A stretch of 64,000 nt of DNA from Dehalococcoidia bacterium (GCA_965219205.1 CBDCMQ010000003.1:256819-320818); one strand, 5' to 3'. Positions 27,204 through 37,278 are shown, numbered from the stretch's first letter. Notes: generated from the letters alone by a model not told the origin. Program-made: numbers and translations.

Positions 27204-29083
27204 TTCAGCGTTGACCTCGGAGTGGCCATCACGTAATCAGGCACCACGGCCCGAATCTTCGTACCCTCCCCGACTGTCGACGATATCGATAGCTGACCAC
27301 CAAGCTCGTTTACCCGGCCCTCCATATTTCGCAGTCCCATGCCGCTGGTCGCTGCCACCAATTCCAAGTCGAACCCGGCTCCATTGTCCTCGATCTCCAA
27401 TGAGAGAGAATCGGCGCCGTGTTTCGCCAAGTTGACCTTCAGGGCAGTTGCTCCGGAGTGCTTTAGCGCGTTGTTCAGCGCCTCTTGCGCCACCATAAAG
27501 AGGCTTTCCTCAACAAATTTCGGGATTTCAATCCCGGCTTCGGCATCACAGGAGGCATCGACTCCCGCACGCCGCTCCACAGAATCTAGTCGCCGCTGCA
27601 AAGCATCCGCCAAGCCTTCCTCTTCGAGTGCTGAAGGCGAAAGCTGATACAGCAAAAAGCGCATCTCTTTCAAAGCCTGCAGAGAAATTGACTGCAGCTC
27701 GGAGAGATTTTCCTTAACCGCTTCGATCCGGCCGGCCCTGGCTTCATTCAGCCCAGCCTCGGCGAAAAGGGTCGTGCTGTAGAGAAGCTGATTCACAGAA
27801 TCGTGAAGCTCCCGAGCCAGGCGGTGGCGCTCATTTACCAGCGCCAATTCGCGGGCGGCCTCCTCCGCCGCCAAGCGCTCACCAATGTCACGTACCAGCG
27901 CGACTATGCACTGCTGCCCAGATATTTCCATCGTCGATGCGGACATCTCCGCATGGATGCTGACCCCGTCCTTTGTTTCGCAGCGCAGCTGGTTGGTCCA
28001 GCCCTTGCCGTGCTCCAGAACTGAGTCTGCGAAAGATTTCAACGCATCAAGGTCGTGAGGGTGAATTGCCGACAGCGGTGTTGCAAGCAGTTCGTCGTGA
28101 GTGTAGCCGAGCATCGCCTCTGCCTTGGCGTTCGCGTCGATTATTCTGTCCTGACTTGGGTTACTAATCAGGATGCTCTCGTTGCCGTGTTCGAACACGG
28201 TGCGATAGATTTCACGACTCTCACGTTCGAGGCGTTCTGATTGCTTGACGATGCTAAGCCCCTGGGCTTCGATCAGCTGCTCCAAGACGGCCAGCCTTGA
28301 TTGCTGGGCCTGGCCATCGATTTCTGCGGGTTCACTCGGACCCAAGTCAGATTCGGAAGGGTTCTTGAAGACACATGACTCGAATCGCAACAGACTTAGC
28401 TTGGCGCTAAGCGCGATCGTCCTGAACATGGAGGCGACATCGGCATTGATCGGGACTTTAGAAAACATGATCACAGCGAAGAGGTTGCCGGATGGAAGCA
28501 TGCCGCCAAATCCCAGGCAGGATTGGATGCCCTCCGAGATTACAAAATCGTCCTGCGCCGTGATGAACTTGCTGTTCGCCGCATTGGCTTCGTAGAACAC
28601 GTTATAACTTTTTTGTTCCAAATCGAGGAGCATGTCGGAGTCGGGATCGATAATGTCCCGCGTCCTTAAACCAAACTGACTCACCAAGCGAGCGATCATA
28701 GGAATGGAATTCAAAATCCCCTCGCTGGGCAACGGAATTGCCTGATGCCCTTTGGAATTTCGCCTGTCGTTCCACTCCGCGTGGTCGCCCGCCGTGGCCA
28801 AAAGAGTTAGACACTTGGTCTGGGCCAACCAAGGTTCATGGCCCAACCTACCCGCTGCAAAGCTTCTGAGATCTGCAGGCAGCCCCTCATACGGGTGGGT
28901 TTTGAACAGCCGCACAAGAGAGAAGGCCGGAGCGCTGCTTTCCGGCTGAAGGAACTCCGAATACAGGAAACGGACCATTAGTTCGGCCGCCTCCTCCATG
29001 CTTTCGGCCCGATCCGTGAATTGACGCAACGTCTCTCCGCAGTCAGTCATGTCGGCCAACGTGAACCGGGCAATGTCATACAT
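27200..29083 (-). CDS. sensor histidine kinase (unknown N-terminal domain - PAS - HisKA_3 - HATPase_c)
   Basis: 627 aa with PAS region (FEHGNESILISNPSQDRIIDAN..), H-box RHRLARELHDSVNQ and an ATPase domain (NALKHSGA...DNGAGF..G.GLRNM). Its stop overlaps the response-regulator start (ATGA at 27200..27203). Confidence 0.85.
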   Translation of the reverse strand: MYDIARFTLADMTDCGETLRQFTDRAESMEEAAELMVRFLYSEFLQPESSAPAFSLVRLFKTHPYEGLPADLRSFAAGRLGHEPWLAQTKCLTLLATAGDHAEWNDRRNSKGHQAIPLPSEGILNSIPMIARLVSQFGLRTRDIIDPDSDMLLDLEQKSYNVFYEANAANSKFITAQDDFVISEGIQSCLGFGGMLPSGNLFAVIMFSKVPINADVASMFRTIALSAKLSLLRFESCVFKNPSESDLGPSEPAEIDGQAQQSRLAVLEQLIEAQGLSIVKQSERLERESREIYRTVFEHGNESILISNPSQDRIIDANAKAEAMLGYTHDELLATPLSAIHPHDLDALKSFADSVLEHGKGWTNQLRCETKDGVSIHAEMSASTMEISGQQCIVALVRDIGERLAAEEAARELALVNERHRLARELHDSVNQLLYSTTLFAEAGLNEARAGRIEAVKENLSELQSISLQALKEMRFLLYQLSPSALEEEGLADALQRRLDSVERRAGVDASCDAEAGIEIPKFVEESLFMVAQEALNNALKHSGATALKVNLAKHGADSLSLEIEDNGAGFDLELVAATSGMGLRNMEGRVNELGGQLSISSTVGEGTKIRAVVPDYVMATPRSTLK

Positions 29084-29195
29084 TCTTGGCGCCCCCTCCT
29101 GCTAAAGCCTACGTTTTGGCCCCCGAATCGTCCACCAGCGTTGAGGTCATGTCTCGGCTTAGGCGAGGCTGAAGGGCTGCTACAATTGGACTCCC

Positions 29196-30161
29196 TTGGG
29201 TGGAATCCCTCGGGCCGAATTGAATTTTTCCCTAACAACCACTTTCAAAGTCGGTGAAAAAGTGACCAGTCTATTTTCAGCCCAAGATCGGCTCGTCGAA
29301 ACCCGCCGTGCCGCCCTCGCGAAGCTCCAAGGCCTTGAGGACACCTACTTTGCCGACCTTGTCGATTGGCGGGACGGACGCGTTGAGTTTCGCTACCTGT
29401 TGTACCGCCTGGCGGAGGCTGACGACGAATTACGCGTCAGTCTCGCGGAGCCGGTGCGCGAGCTGGGCTGGAGCCCGAGCGCTGCACAGCGGATTCTCGC
29501 TCAAACATTCGAGAGCCGCGGTGCCTTTCTCGCCCCGCTTTCAGGACTGCCCGACGATCGTCTCGACGAAGAGCCTGAGCCCGGGGAGTGGAGCGTCCGC
29601 CAAATCCTCGACCACTGTATTAATGTCGAACAGCGTTACAACCTCCAGACGGCTTACGCCGTCGAGCGCTTCCACAGCGACCAGGAACTGCCCCTGCGCA
29701 TGCCAGACGATCGTTTGCCGCCCCGCGTCGCCGCTGTTCCGACACCCGGAAGTCTGACTGACGTCCGGCGGCGCCTTTCTGAGGTTAGTGCGGGTGTGGT
29801 TACAGGCCTCAGCGGTCTAACAGAGGAAGAGCTAAGCGCGAGCAGCGGTTGGGGGTCCATGTCGGTCGACGTTCGTTTCCGCCTTCACCGCTTTGCAGCC
29901 CACGAGCGCGAACATACTACTCAGCTTCAAAAGACGGTGAACCTCATCCACCCGGAGCGCTCAGAAACGCATGCTGTGCTCGGACAGGCCCAAAGGGCTC
30001 GTGGCCTTCTTTTGGCAGCGCTATTCGGCATACCTGCAGACCTTGCCGGCCAACCGAGGAACGGTGGCCGCTCGATAGCTGACCTAATAGATGCCGCCGC
30101 AATCGAAGAGGCAGCTTTGACCGAGGAGATCCTCGCAAAGGCAGCTACGCTCGCTCACTAA
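29196..30161 (+). CDS. DinB-superfamily protein (apparently two DinB-like four-helix units)
   Basis: His-containing motifs typical of DinB/YfiT metal sites (ILDHCINVEQRY; RLHRFAAHEREHTTQL). Start uncertain (TTG 29196 or GTG 29262). Confidence 0.6.
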   Translation: MGGIPRAELNFSLTTTFKVGEKVTSLFSAQDRLVETRRAALAKLQGLEDTYFADLVDWRDGRVEFRYLLYRLAEADDELRVSLAEPVRELGWSPSAAQRILAQTFESRGAFLAPLSGLPDDRLDEEPEPGEWSVRQILDHCINVEQRYNLQTAYAVERFHSDQELPLRMPDDRLPPRVAAVPTPGSLTDVRRRLSEVSAGVVTGLSGLTEEELSASSGWGSMSVDVRFRLHRFAAHEREHTTQLQKTVNLIHPERSETHAVLGQAQRARGLLLAALFGIPADLAGQPRNGGRSIADLIDAAAIEEAALTEEILAKAATLAH

Positions 30162-30177
30162 GCCGGCCCCAAGGCCG

Positions 30178-30705
30178 TTAAACGTCCTTTGGCACCTGTG
30201 ACCCGAGGTGCCAGTACTTGGCGTCGTGATAGAGCAAGGGACTTTGGTCCGGGTCGTACCTCGCCCATACGGCCTCGCCAAAGAAGACGGTGTGACCCAG
30301 AGAATGTTTGCCTACAACTCGGCATTCCACGTTGAGGCTGGACTCGTCGATCATCGGGGCGGCGATCTTCGCGGCCGCGTAACGAGGAAAGTTGGCTAGC
30401 TGCCATTTGTCCACGTCCTGCAAAGAGTATGAGCCTGAAGTGTGCGATAGCTTCGCCTGTAGATCCGAACAGAAACTGAGGCCAAACTCGCCGGATTTTT
30501 CGATCAGCGAGTGGGTTTCATGAGAAGGATGGATTGAAATCACAAAGGCCAAGGGCGAATTTGAGACCATCATCGCCCACTCGCAGGCCATGACGTTCTC
30601 ACGGCCTTCGGCGGCGGCCGTCAGCAGCGCAACCGCTGTCGTCGTTTGATGCCAGATGTCGCGGCTGAACTCGCGCGCCTGGAAGTCATCCCCTTCGGAG
30701 TACAT
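30178..30705 (-). CDS. flavin reductase-like (FMN-binding split-barrel) protein
   Basis: 175 aa. ALLTAAAEGRENVMACEWAMMVSNSPLAFVISI matches the flavin_reduct domain core. Confidence 0.8.
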   Translation of the reverse strand: MYSEGDDFQAREFSRDIWHQTTTAVALLTAAAEGRENVMACEWAMMVSNSPLAFVISIHPSHETHSLIEKSGEFGLSFCSDLQAKLSHTSGSYSLQDVDKWQLANFPRYAAAKIAAPMIDESSLNVECRVVGKHSLGHTVFFGEAVWARYDPDQSPLLYHDAKYWHLGSQVPKDV

Positions 30706-30750
30706 AGTTTGTCCCTTTGCCTTGTGGCGCTTCGCCCAACCTTTCAGCCG

Positions 30751-31152
30751 TTAATATGACCGAATTTCGATCTCGTTCTCATCAGGGTCCAGGATATAAA
30801 CGGACCTGGCTTCGCCTCGCGCTCCCCATCGCGAGACAGGCCCTCGAAGAACGGTCACGCCCGCTTGACCAAGATCGCCGCTTAACTTCTCGAAGTCCAG
30901 GTTTTCGGCGACAAGGCAGTAGTGGGCAAGATTGGTCCGCACTTTTCCACTCGCATCCTCGTCAGCGGTCATTAGGTCAATTAGACATGTCTCACTGATT
31001 CTCACCGAGGGAAAGCCGACTTTACCTTGACGAAATTCCTCAAGTCGCTCTCCTTCCAGGCCCAGAACATCAATATAAAAGGCAAGGGAACGCTCGATGT
31101 CTCTCACGTTGAGCACGATGTGGTCCAGAGCAGTCACTCGAAACTTCGCCAT
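30751..31152 (-). CDS. VOC-family (glyoxalase/bleomycin-resistance/extradiol dioxygenase) protein
   Basis: 133 aa. LDHIVLNVRDIERSLAFYIDVLGL... and ..SVYILDPDENEIEI are typical VOC beta-alpha-beta-beta-beta modules. Confidence 0.8.
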   Translation of the reverse strand: MAKFRVTALDHIVLNVRDIERSLAFYIDVLGLEGERLEEFRQGKVGFPSVRISETCLIDLMTADEDASGKVRTNLAHYCLVAENLDFEKLSGDLGQAGVTVLRGPVSRWGARGEARSVYILDPDENEIEIRSY

Positions 31153-31222
31153 TTCTGTCCTCCCATTTTCCAGCCGTGCTGTTCAACGAGCCCAACTTCG
31201 GCGCCATCTGCCGGCCCCGCGC

Positions 31223-32422
31223 TTAGCTCTCCAGCGCTTCGATTTTCAGCGGGCTTGGCGAATTGACATCGCCGACCCGGACAAAGCTCTTTCCTTCCAG
31301 CAACTCCTCCAATGCTAAACCGAAGACCTCGCCGCGCCAGCCCTCTAGTAGTGGCGATCGCTTTTTATCGCTCAGCCCGAGATGTTCGCGAATAAACTCC
31401 TGCAGGTCGGCCGTAGTCGCCAAAAGCGCTGTATCGACCTGGCGCTCGACCGCCAAACTGTTCACCAGTATCGAAGCAAGCTGGCCGAGAATCGCCACCT
31501 GTGGCGGATCGTCACGTCGCCTCATCTCAGGCAACTCAGCGTCCGGTACACGATCACCGGCCTGCGACGCAGCCAGAATCTCCGGACCGGCTTTCCGCAG
31601 CTGCGGGCGGTCGAGTCCTCGCAAGGCTAGAAGGTCCTCCAAATCGCGCGGACCGCGCTTGGCGATTGCCACCAGCAGATCATCGCCCAGAACCTTTTTC
31701 ACCGGCCGGTTCGCCGCACGCGCAGTGTCGTCTCGCCATTTCCACAGCTCACGCAGCCGGGCAAGGGCCCGTCGATTCAGGCCGGAGCCGCCGGAGGTCC
31801 GCCACCAGCGTTCTTCACGCTCACCCTCTGAAACACGCTCTGCTGACGCCTGGTGTTCACTGCTCAGCCAGTCGATGCGTCCGAGGCTTGTGGCACGATC
31901 GAGAAGCGCCAGACGAATCGCCAGGAGCTGTCTTACATCATCGGCAGCGTACTCGCTCTGGCGTCTAGACAGAGGTCTTTTCCGCCAATCGCTATAGGCC
32001 TCCCCACTCTGGACTCGCACACCGAGAACCTTCTGAACCAAATTCGTGTGGTTGAGTGGGTAGCCGAAGCCAAGCAATCCAGCTGCAATTTGTGGGTCGA
32101 ATAGTCTGCCTGGTAAGCGTTCAGCATAGCGAAGACAAAAAAGCAACTCCTGGCGCGCGGCAAACGCTACGATTTCGCTGCCGGGTTCGGTCAATACCTG
32201 CCAAACCTCGCCGAGTTCGATTCCCGCCAGAGGGTCAATTAGAAAGATTGCGTCGTCCGTTGCAACCTGAAGAAGGCAAAGCTGCGGCTCATAGCTAGCC
32301 TCGCCGACGAACTCCGTATCAATTCCGACAATCGCCGACTTGCGAATAGCCAAAAGCGCGTTGCTTACGCCCTCCTGCCTGTCCACAACGACGAAGTGGC
32401 CCGAGTCTCGTGTTTTACTCAA
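31223..32422 (-). CDS. rnd: ribonuclease D (DEDDy 3'-5' exonuclease plus HRDC)
   Basis: 399 aa with motifs VGIDTEFVGEASYEPQLCLLQVAT, YAADDVRQL, and an HRDC-like C-terminus. Confidence 0.8.
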   Translation of the reverse strand: MSKTRDSGHFVVVDRQEGVSNALLAIRKSAIVGIDTEFVGEASYEPQLCLLQVATDDAIFLIDPLAGIELGEVWQVLTEPGSEIVAFAARQELLFCLRYAERLPGRLFDPQIAAGLLGFGYPLNHTNLVQKVLGVRVQSGEAYSDWRKRPLSRRQSEYAADDVRQLLAIRLALLDRATSLGRIDWLSSEHQASAERVSEGEREERWWRTSGGSGLNRRALARLRELWKWRDDTARAANRPVKKVLGDDLLVAIAKRGPRDLEDLLALRGLDRPQLRKAGPEILAASQAGDRVPDAELPEMRRRDDPPQVAILGQLASILVNSLAVERQVDTALLATTADLQEFIREHLGLSDKKRSPLLEGWRGEVFGLALEELLEGKSFVRVGDVNSPSPLKIEALES

Positions 32423-32694
32423 ATCCCGCTTTCCTCATGCTTCCGGATTGAAGCGAGCTGACTGATGGATTGCCGAAGCCAAAGTTACCTTGGTAGAGTC
32501 CTCGCCCATTTACGCTCTTGCAGCAACAGCAGGCAAGGGCAGCGCAACCCGACTGCAGTCCCGATCGCTTCCAGCTTTAGGTAAGCTAATATCATAGGAG
32601 AAATTAACTGAGAATTTTTACTACGGCCTCTGCCCGCGGAAGCCGTCCGCGGAACCAGGACCTGAAGTGGAAAAGACACACGGGATAGTCGGAA

Positions 32695-34536
32695 ATGCCT
32701 CTCAATATTGAGGATTACGCCCTCATAGGCGACACCAAGACCGCGGCCCTGGTCGGAAACGACGGGTCTATCGATTGGCTTTGTCTGCCGCATTTCGATT
32801 CCCGAGCCTGCTTTGCCGCCCTGCTCGGCTCCGAGCACAACGGGCGTTGGTCGCTACGTCCCTCGAGTCCGGTTCTCCAGGTTAACCGGCGATATCGACC
32901 CGGCACCCTGATTCTAGAAACCGAATTTGAGACCGAGGAGGGCAAAGTCCGTGTCACCGAATGCATGCCGCCGCGGCGCGGTGAGCAGGAAGGCGTCCCG
33001 GACCTGGTTCGCATAGTTGAAGGGATCAGCGGCGAGGTTCCAATGACTATGAGCCTGATAATTCGCTTCGATTACGGCTCCACCGTGCCCTGGGTTCGGC
33101 GAATTGACGGCGCCCTCACCGCAGTCGGTGGACCCGATGGCCTCTGTCTTCGCACGCCGGTGAAAACCCGCGGCGTAGGCCAAACAACCGTGGCAGACTT
33201 TAGCGTGCGCGAAGGCGAGAGTGTTCCGTTTCGCCTGACCTGGTACCCCTCACACGAGCCCTTGCCCGAGCGGGTGGACCCCTACGGTGAGATTGATTCG
33301 ACAGAAGCCTGGTGGCTGAATTGGTCTAACCAGTGCACCTACGACGGCCTCTATCGAGATCAGGTATTGGCTTCCCTAGTTATTCTTAAAGCCCTCACGT
33401 TTGCGCCCACCGGCAGCATCGTAGCGGCGCCAACCACCTCGCTGCCGGAGCATCTCGGTGGTGTGCGCAACTGGGACTACCGTTTTTGCTGGCTCAGGGA
33501 CGCCACCCTGACTCTCGCGGCACTGATCGACGCCGGCTATTCCGAAGAAGCGAAGGCCTGGCGCAAATGGTTACTCAGGGCGGTTGCCGGCAATCCAGAT
33601 CAGATTCGCATTATGTACGGCCTGGCAGGCGAACGCTGGCTGTACGAATACGAGATCCCCTGGCTAGAAGGCTATATGGGTTCTGCGCCTGTCCGAGTCG
33701 GCAACGGGGCCAGTGAACAGTTTCAACTTGACGTCTACGGTGAAATCATGGCCATCGCCTATCAAGGCATGCTGGCGGGAATCGAATTCGAAGATTTGGC
33801 CTGGGATATTGAACCGCTGCTTGAGGCAGTAATGGATTTTGTCCGGCACAACTGGCGCCGCCCAGACATGGGCATCTGGGAGATACGCGGCGAGCCTCGC
33901 CACTTTACCCACTCAAAAGTCATGGCCTGGGTCGCTATGGACCGCGCCGTCAAGTTCGCCGACAGTATGGGCATCGAAGCCCGCGCCCGCTACTGGCGGA
34001 GGCTGCGTGACAGGATTCACCGCGACATCTGTCAAAACGGCTTCGATCAGGCGAACAACACATTTGTTCAGTACTACGGGTCTGACGAGGTAGACGCCAG
34101 CCTGTTGCTGATCCCGATCGTCGGATTCCTGCCGCCGGACGATCCCCGTGTCTTGGGGACCATCGAAGCAGTGCAGAAACATCTCGGCGATGGCGCACTC
34201 GTCAAGCGTTACGAGAATGAGTCTGAAGTCGATGGCTTACCGCCCGGAGACGGCCACTTCCTCATGTGCTCGTTTTGGCTGGTTGACGCCTTGGCAGTTT
34301 GCGGTCAAATCGATCAGGCACGCAAGAATTTTGAGGAATTGCTAGCCATCCGCAACGATGTGGGCCTGATGGCCGAGGAATACGACCCGGCGACAACCCG
34401 CCAGCTCGGCAACTTTCCTCAGGCCTTCTCCCACATCGGGTTGATTACCTCGGCTCAGTACCTAACCCAATTTGAACAGGGCGGCTCACCGCGCGCTGCC
34501 ATCGCAGCGCTGGCTGGACTCGAAACAACTGACTGA
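32695..34536 (+). CDS. glycoside hydrolase family 15 (glucoamylase/trehalase-like)
   Basis: 613 aa with the characteristic N-terminus IEDYALIGDTKTAALVGNDGSIDWLCLPHFDS and an (alpha/alpha)6 catalytic region (WDYRFCWLRDA; NDVGLMAEEYD). Confidence 0.88.
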   Translation: MPLNIEDYALIGDTKTAALVGNDGSIDWLCLPHFDSRACFAALLGSEHNGRWSLRPSSPVLQVNRRYRPGTLILETEFETEEGKVRVTECMPPRRGEQEGVPDLVRIVEGISGEVPMTMSLIIRFDYGSTVPWVRRIDGALTAVGGPDGLCLRTPVKTRGVGQTTVADFSVREGESVPFRLTWYPSHEPLPERVDPYGEIDSTEAWWLNWSNQCTYDGLYRDQVLASLVILKALTFAPTGSIVAAPTTSLPEHLGGVRNWDYRFCWLRDATLTLAALIDAGYSEEAKAWRKWLLRAVAGNPDQIRIMYGLAGERWLYEYEIPWLEGYMGSAPVRVGNGASEQFQLDVYGEIMAIAYQGMLAGIEFEDLAWDIEPLLEAVMDFVRHNWRRPDMGIWEIRGEPRHFTHSKVMAWVAMDRAVKFADSMGIEARARYWRRLRDRIHRDICQNGFDQANNTFVQYYGSDEVDASLLLIPIVGFLPPDDPRVLGTIEAVQKHLGDGALVKRYENESEVDGLPPGDGHFLMCSFWLVDALAVCGQIDQARKNFEELLAIRNDVGLMAEEYDPATTRQLGNFPQAFSHIGLITSAQYLTQFEQGGSPRAAIAALAGLETTD

Positions 34537-34584
34537 ACCTGCCAGCGCTGTCGTCAGTGCAGCCATTGCGCTTATCTCAAAAAT

Positions 34585-34720
34585 TCTCGCGGCATTCGGT
34601 AAGCAGGTGCCGAGGACGGCTTCGCCGGTCTGCACACTTATTGGCGGTATTTCAAACCGACCAACGTTGCCAACCCTCCCGGGAAGTAGGCGGCTTGCCA
34701 ATCATTCCCTGTGTTCAAAT
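34585..34720 (-). repeat. two tandem palindromic repeat units
   Basis: The reverse complement contains TTTGAACACAGGGAATGATTGGCAAGCCGCCTACTTCCCGGGAGGG... followed by TTTGAAATACCGCCAATAAGTGTGCAGACCGGCGAAGCCGTCCTCGGCACCTGC... Confidence 0.8.
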
Positions 34721-34739
34721 AAATCTAAGCGTAGCCTGC

Positions 34740-36071
34740 CTAAGCGTAGCCTTCTGGCGATGGAGTGTGATTCGCTTTGAGATCGGCCCAGCTTTCGGCA
34801 GCCATCCAGTCCGCCCAAGCTCGATAAGTCCAGAACTGCCCATGCTCGTTCACCACCCCCTCGATGTGAGGCGGTGCACCCTCTTCCTCGAGAATTTCGC
34901 CGTGACCGAGATTCATGGCGTAGTGCAACGGAAAACGCTTGCTGACCACACCCATCGCCCCGCGGGTGCTCTCGCCCCAGTTCTCACCGTCCTCCATTTC
35001 CAGCATGCCGGCCGGACCGAACACATGGTTCGCGCGGCCCAAAACCTGCTTAAAGCGCTCCGGCTCGAGGTCCTTCTCGATCAGAGTGAACCACCAGATC
35101 TCGGTCGAATGCGGGCCCTTGGGCAAGCGCAGGCTCATTTGATTCCCTTCTGTAATCCAAAGGTTCGGGAAGATGCTAGGATGACCTATCGATTTCAGGG
35201 CAACGGACCCCATTCCCCGGATCACTTCCGGCCGCTCACGCCAGCTTTCATCCATGCCGCGCGTCTTCATGCGTTCTTCGTACTCGGGTGTAAACTTTGG
35301 ACCGCCTACGGCATGGCCGTAATCACCCAGCATCACGAAGTGTTCGCGAGTTAGGCCATCGACGACGCTCACAGGCCGGCCCGGGCCCGAGCCCATCATC
35401 CCCGACATCAGCGCCGAAGAATGGGTGATGCCAACGTGGTACCAGTCAAACAGGTTGTCCACCGCCAACTTCCAGTTGCAGGGAATCGTGTATTTCTGGA
35501 TGCCACTCACACACTGCAGGTCGCCGCGTTCGGCTAAGTAGCTGACCCCAAGCCGGCCAACTTCACCCAGGAACTCCTGGAGATTCGGTGCTTCGGCATC
35601 CATCGTTGCAAAGATAAAGCCTTTGTACGTATCGACTTGGCCCGCCTTGATTAATCCCCAGCTCTCGCGGTCGAGTTCTTCGTGGTAGACCTCTTTGAAG
35701 CCAGGCACGCCGACCAGCGCACCCTTCAAGTCGTAGGTCCAACCGTGATAGGTGCACATGAAGGAGGTAGCGTGGCCTTCGTCAGCCCGGCAGATCGCGT
35801 TGCCTCGGTGGCGGCAGGTGTTCACCAACACCTGAGGATTGCTGTCGTTGTCTCGTACAACGATGACCCGGTCCTCGCCGATGAAGGTCATGAAGAAATC
35901 GCCGGAGTTGGGAATCTGTGAGTCGTGAGCCATGAAGTTCCAGGCCCGGGCGAAGATGCGCTCCAACTCCAGCTCGTAGATGTCCTGGTCAGCAAAAATG
36001 CGACGGTCCACCGTGGCGGCATCCGCATCCACCATTCGCAACATTTCCTCATTCCTGTAGGCGATGGTCAT
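34740..36071 (-). CDS. aromatic ring-hydroxylating (Rieske) oxygenase alpha subunit, paralogue of 24052..25389
   Basis: From ATG 36071: MTIAYRNEEMLRMVD.., Rieske motif CRHRGNAICRADEGHATSFMCTYHGW. About 80% aa identity to the other copy by eye. The longer ORF (to 36218) runs into the IS and is not credible. Confidence 0.85.
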   Translation of the reverse strand: MTIAYRNEEMLRMVDADAATVDRRIFADQDIYELELERIFARAWNFMAHDSQIPNSGDFFMTFIGEDRVIVVRDNDSNPQVLVNTCRHRGNAICRADEGHATSFMCTYHGWTYDLKGALVGVPGFKEVYHEELDRESWGLIKAGQVDTYKGFIFATMDAEAPNLQEFLGEVGRLGVSYLAERGDLQCVSGIQKYTIPCNWKLAVDNLFDWYHVGITHSSALMSGMMGSGPGRPVSVVDGLTREHFVMLGDYGHAVGGPKFTPEYEERMKTRGMDESWRERPEVIRGMGSVALKSIGHPSIFPNLWITEGNQMSLRLPKGPHSTEIWWFTLIEKDLEPERFKQVLGRANHVFGPAGMLEMEDGENWGESTRGAMGVVSKRFPLHYAMNLGHGEILEEEGAPPHIEGVVNEHGQFWTYRAWADWMAAESWADLKANHTPSPEGYA

Positions 36072-36140
36072 GAGAGGCTTCTCCAGTCTTGTGTCGCTTT
36101 CATTAATATTCGGCAGGACTTTGGACATACTAGCCGAAAA

Positions 36141-36160
36141 AAAGTTTTTGAAATACCGGC
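36141..36160 (+). repeat. head of a palindromic repeat unit, cut by IS copy 2
   Basis: AAAGTTTTTGAAATACCGGC, then the IS. The unit resumes at 37279 (..AATGCTGCTTCGCTTG..). Confidence 0.8.
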
Positions 36161-37278
36161 TGTACTCGTCCAGTAGATGCCGGACACTTACCTCCTCTCG
36201 GTGAATGCTAGCAGCCACTCTTGCGGCGTTAGATGGCCAAGGGCCTGATGGGGCCGGTAAGTGTTGTAACGCTGCTCCTGTTGGAGCAGCTGGGTTCTCA
36301 GTTGGCTGAGCGAGTCGGGTGGGTCAACCAACTGGTAAAGCTCCTCTTTGTGGGTGCGCTGGGCTCGTTCCAGGCAGCCGTTGAGCTTGGGGGAGCGTGG
36401 TGGCAGCACAAAAAGCCGCAGCCCCTTCTGCTCACAGGCGGCCTCAAACTCGGCCCTGAACTCAGAGCCACCGTCCACCTGGATCGCCTTCACCGGACCC
36501 GGCATACGCTCGATGATCGTATCGAGGAAGTCGCGCGCCGTGCCGGCGGTAGCGCGGCCGTAGACACCCAAGACGTCCCAGCGGCTGACAATATCACGCG
36601 CCGAGAAGTGCTTGTAGGCATGGGTAATACCGGTCCAGCGCACGTCGGCGCTGTCCACCTGAACCAGATCTCCCGGCGCCTTGACGACGTAGTCTTTGGG
36701 CTTACGCACGGCATAGGGCCGCACCTGAGGCCGAGAGACGATGCAAGGGTCCTTCAGACTCGCAGGCCCCAGTTTGCCTTGGCGTCTGAGCCGGCTGAGG
36801 ATGCGGCCCACCATCGAGACCGAGATAGTGACCCCTTGGCGTCTGAGGATCGGCTGTAGCTTGTCTTTGCCCCAGACGGGATTGTCTTGGCGCAGGCGTA
36901 GCACCGCTGCTTCGAACTCTAGGCTCCAAGTCGGCTTGCGGACCTGGTGTGGCCTATGGCTGCGGTCTTCCAGACCCCGCGGACCCTGGAGCCGGTAGCA
37001 CTCTAGCCACTGGTAAAGGGTTGAGCGGCTGCGTCCAAAGCGTCTTGCCGTCAGACTCACCTTCTCGCCGTGATCCTTGTGCCACTCAACAGCCCTGAGG
37101 CGCGCCTTCGCCTCACGTGATAGTCGTGGCTCCTCCCTGCCTTCCTGCGCTCCCTCTGGGAGGAGACGAGCCAGGGTTGGACCGCCTGGGATGATCGACC
37201 CGTACGTCTGCATTGGGACTCCGTATCGTCCCCGCCTTCTCATCATTGTCGTGTACGGCATCTTTCTGAACGAGATCA
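36161..37278 (-). mobile_element. IS481-family-like insertion sequence, copy 2 (1118 bp)
   Basis: Same ends as copy 1. Direct repeat (A)CCGGC at 36155..36160 and 37278..37283. Inserted in a repeat-unit head. Confidence 0.9.
36188..37261 (-). CDS. DDE (rve-type) transposase, IS481-like
   Basis: Differs from the copy 1 product at a handful of residues (for example V/I, D/H, F/L, Q/R). Confidence 0.85.
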   Translation of the reverse strand: MPYTTMMRRRGRYGVPMQTYGSIIPGGPTLARLLPEGAQEGREEPRLSREAKARLRAVEWHKDHGEKVSLTARRFGRSRSTLYQWLECYRLQGPRGLEDRSHRPHQVRKPTWSLEFEAAVLRLRQDNPVWGKDKLQPILRRQGVTISVSMVGRILSRLRRQGKLGPASLKDPCIVSRPQVRPYAVRKPKDYVVKAPGDLVQVDSADVRWTGITHAYKHFSARDIVSRWDVLGVYGRATAGTARDFLDTIIERMPGPVKAIQVDGGSEFRAEFEAACEQKGLRLFVLPPRSPKLNGCLERAQRTHKEELYQLVDPPDSLSQLRTQLLQQEQRYNTYRPHQALGHLTPQEWLLAFTERR

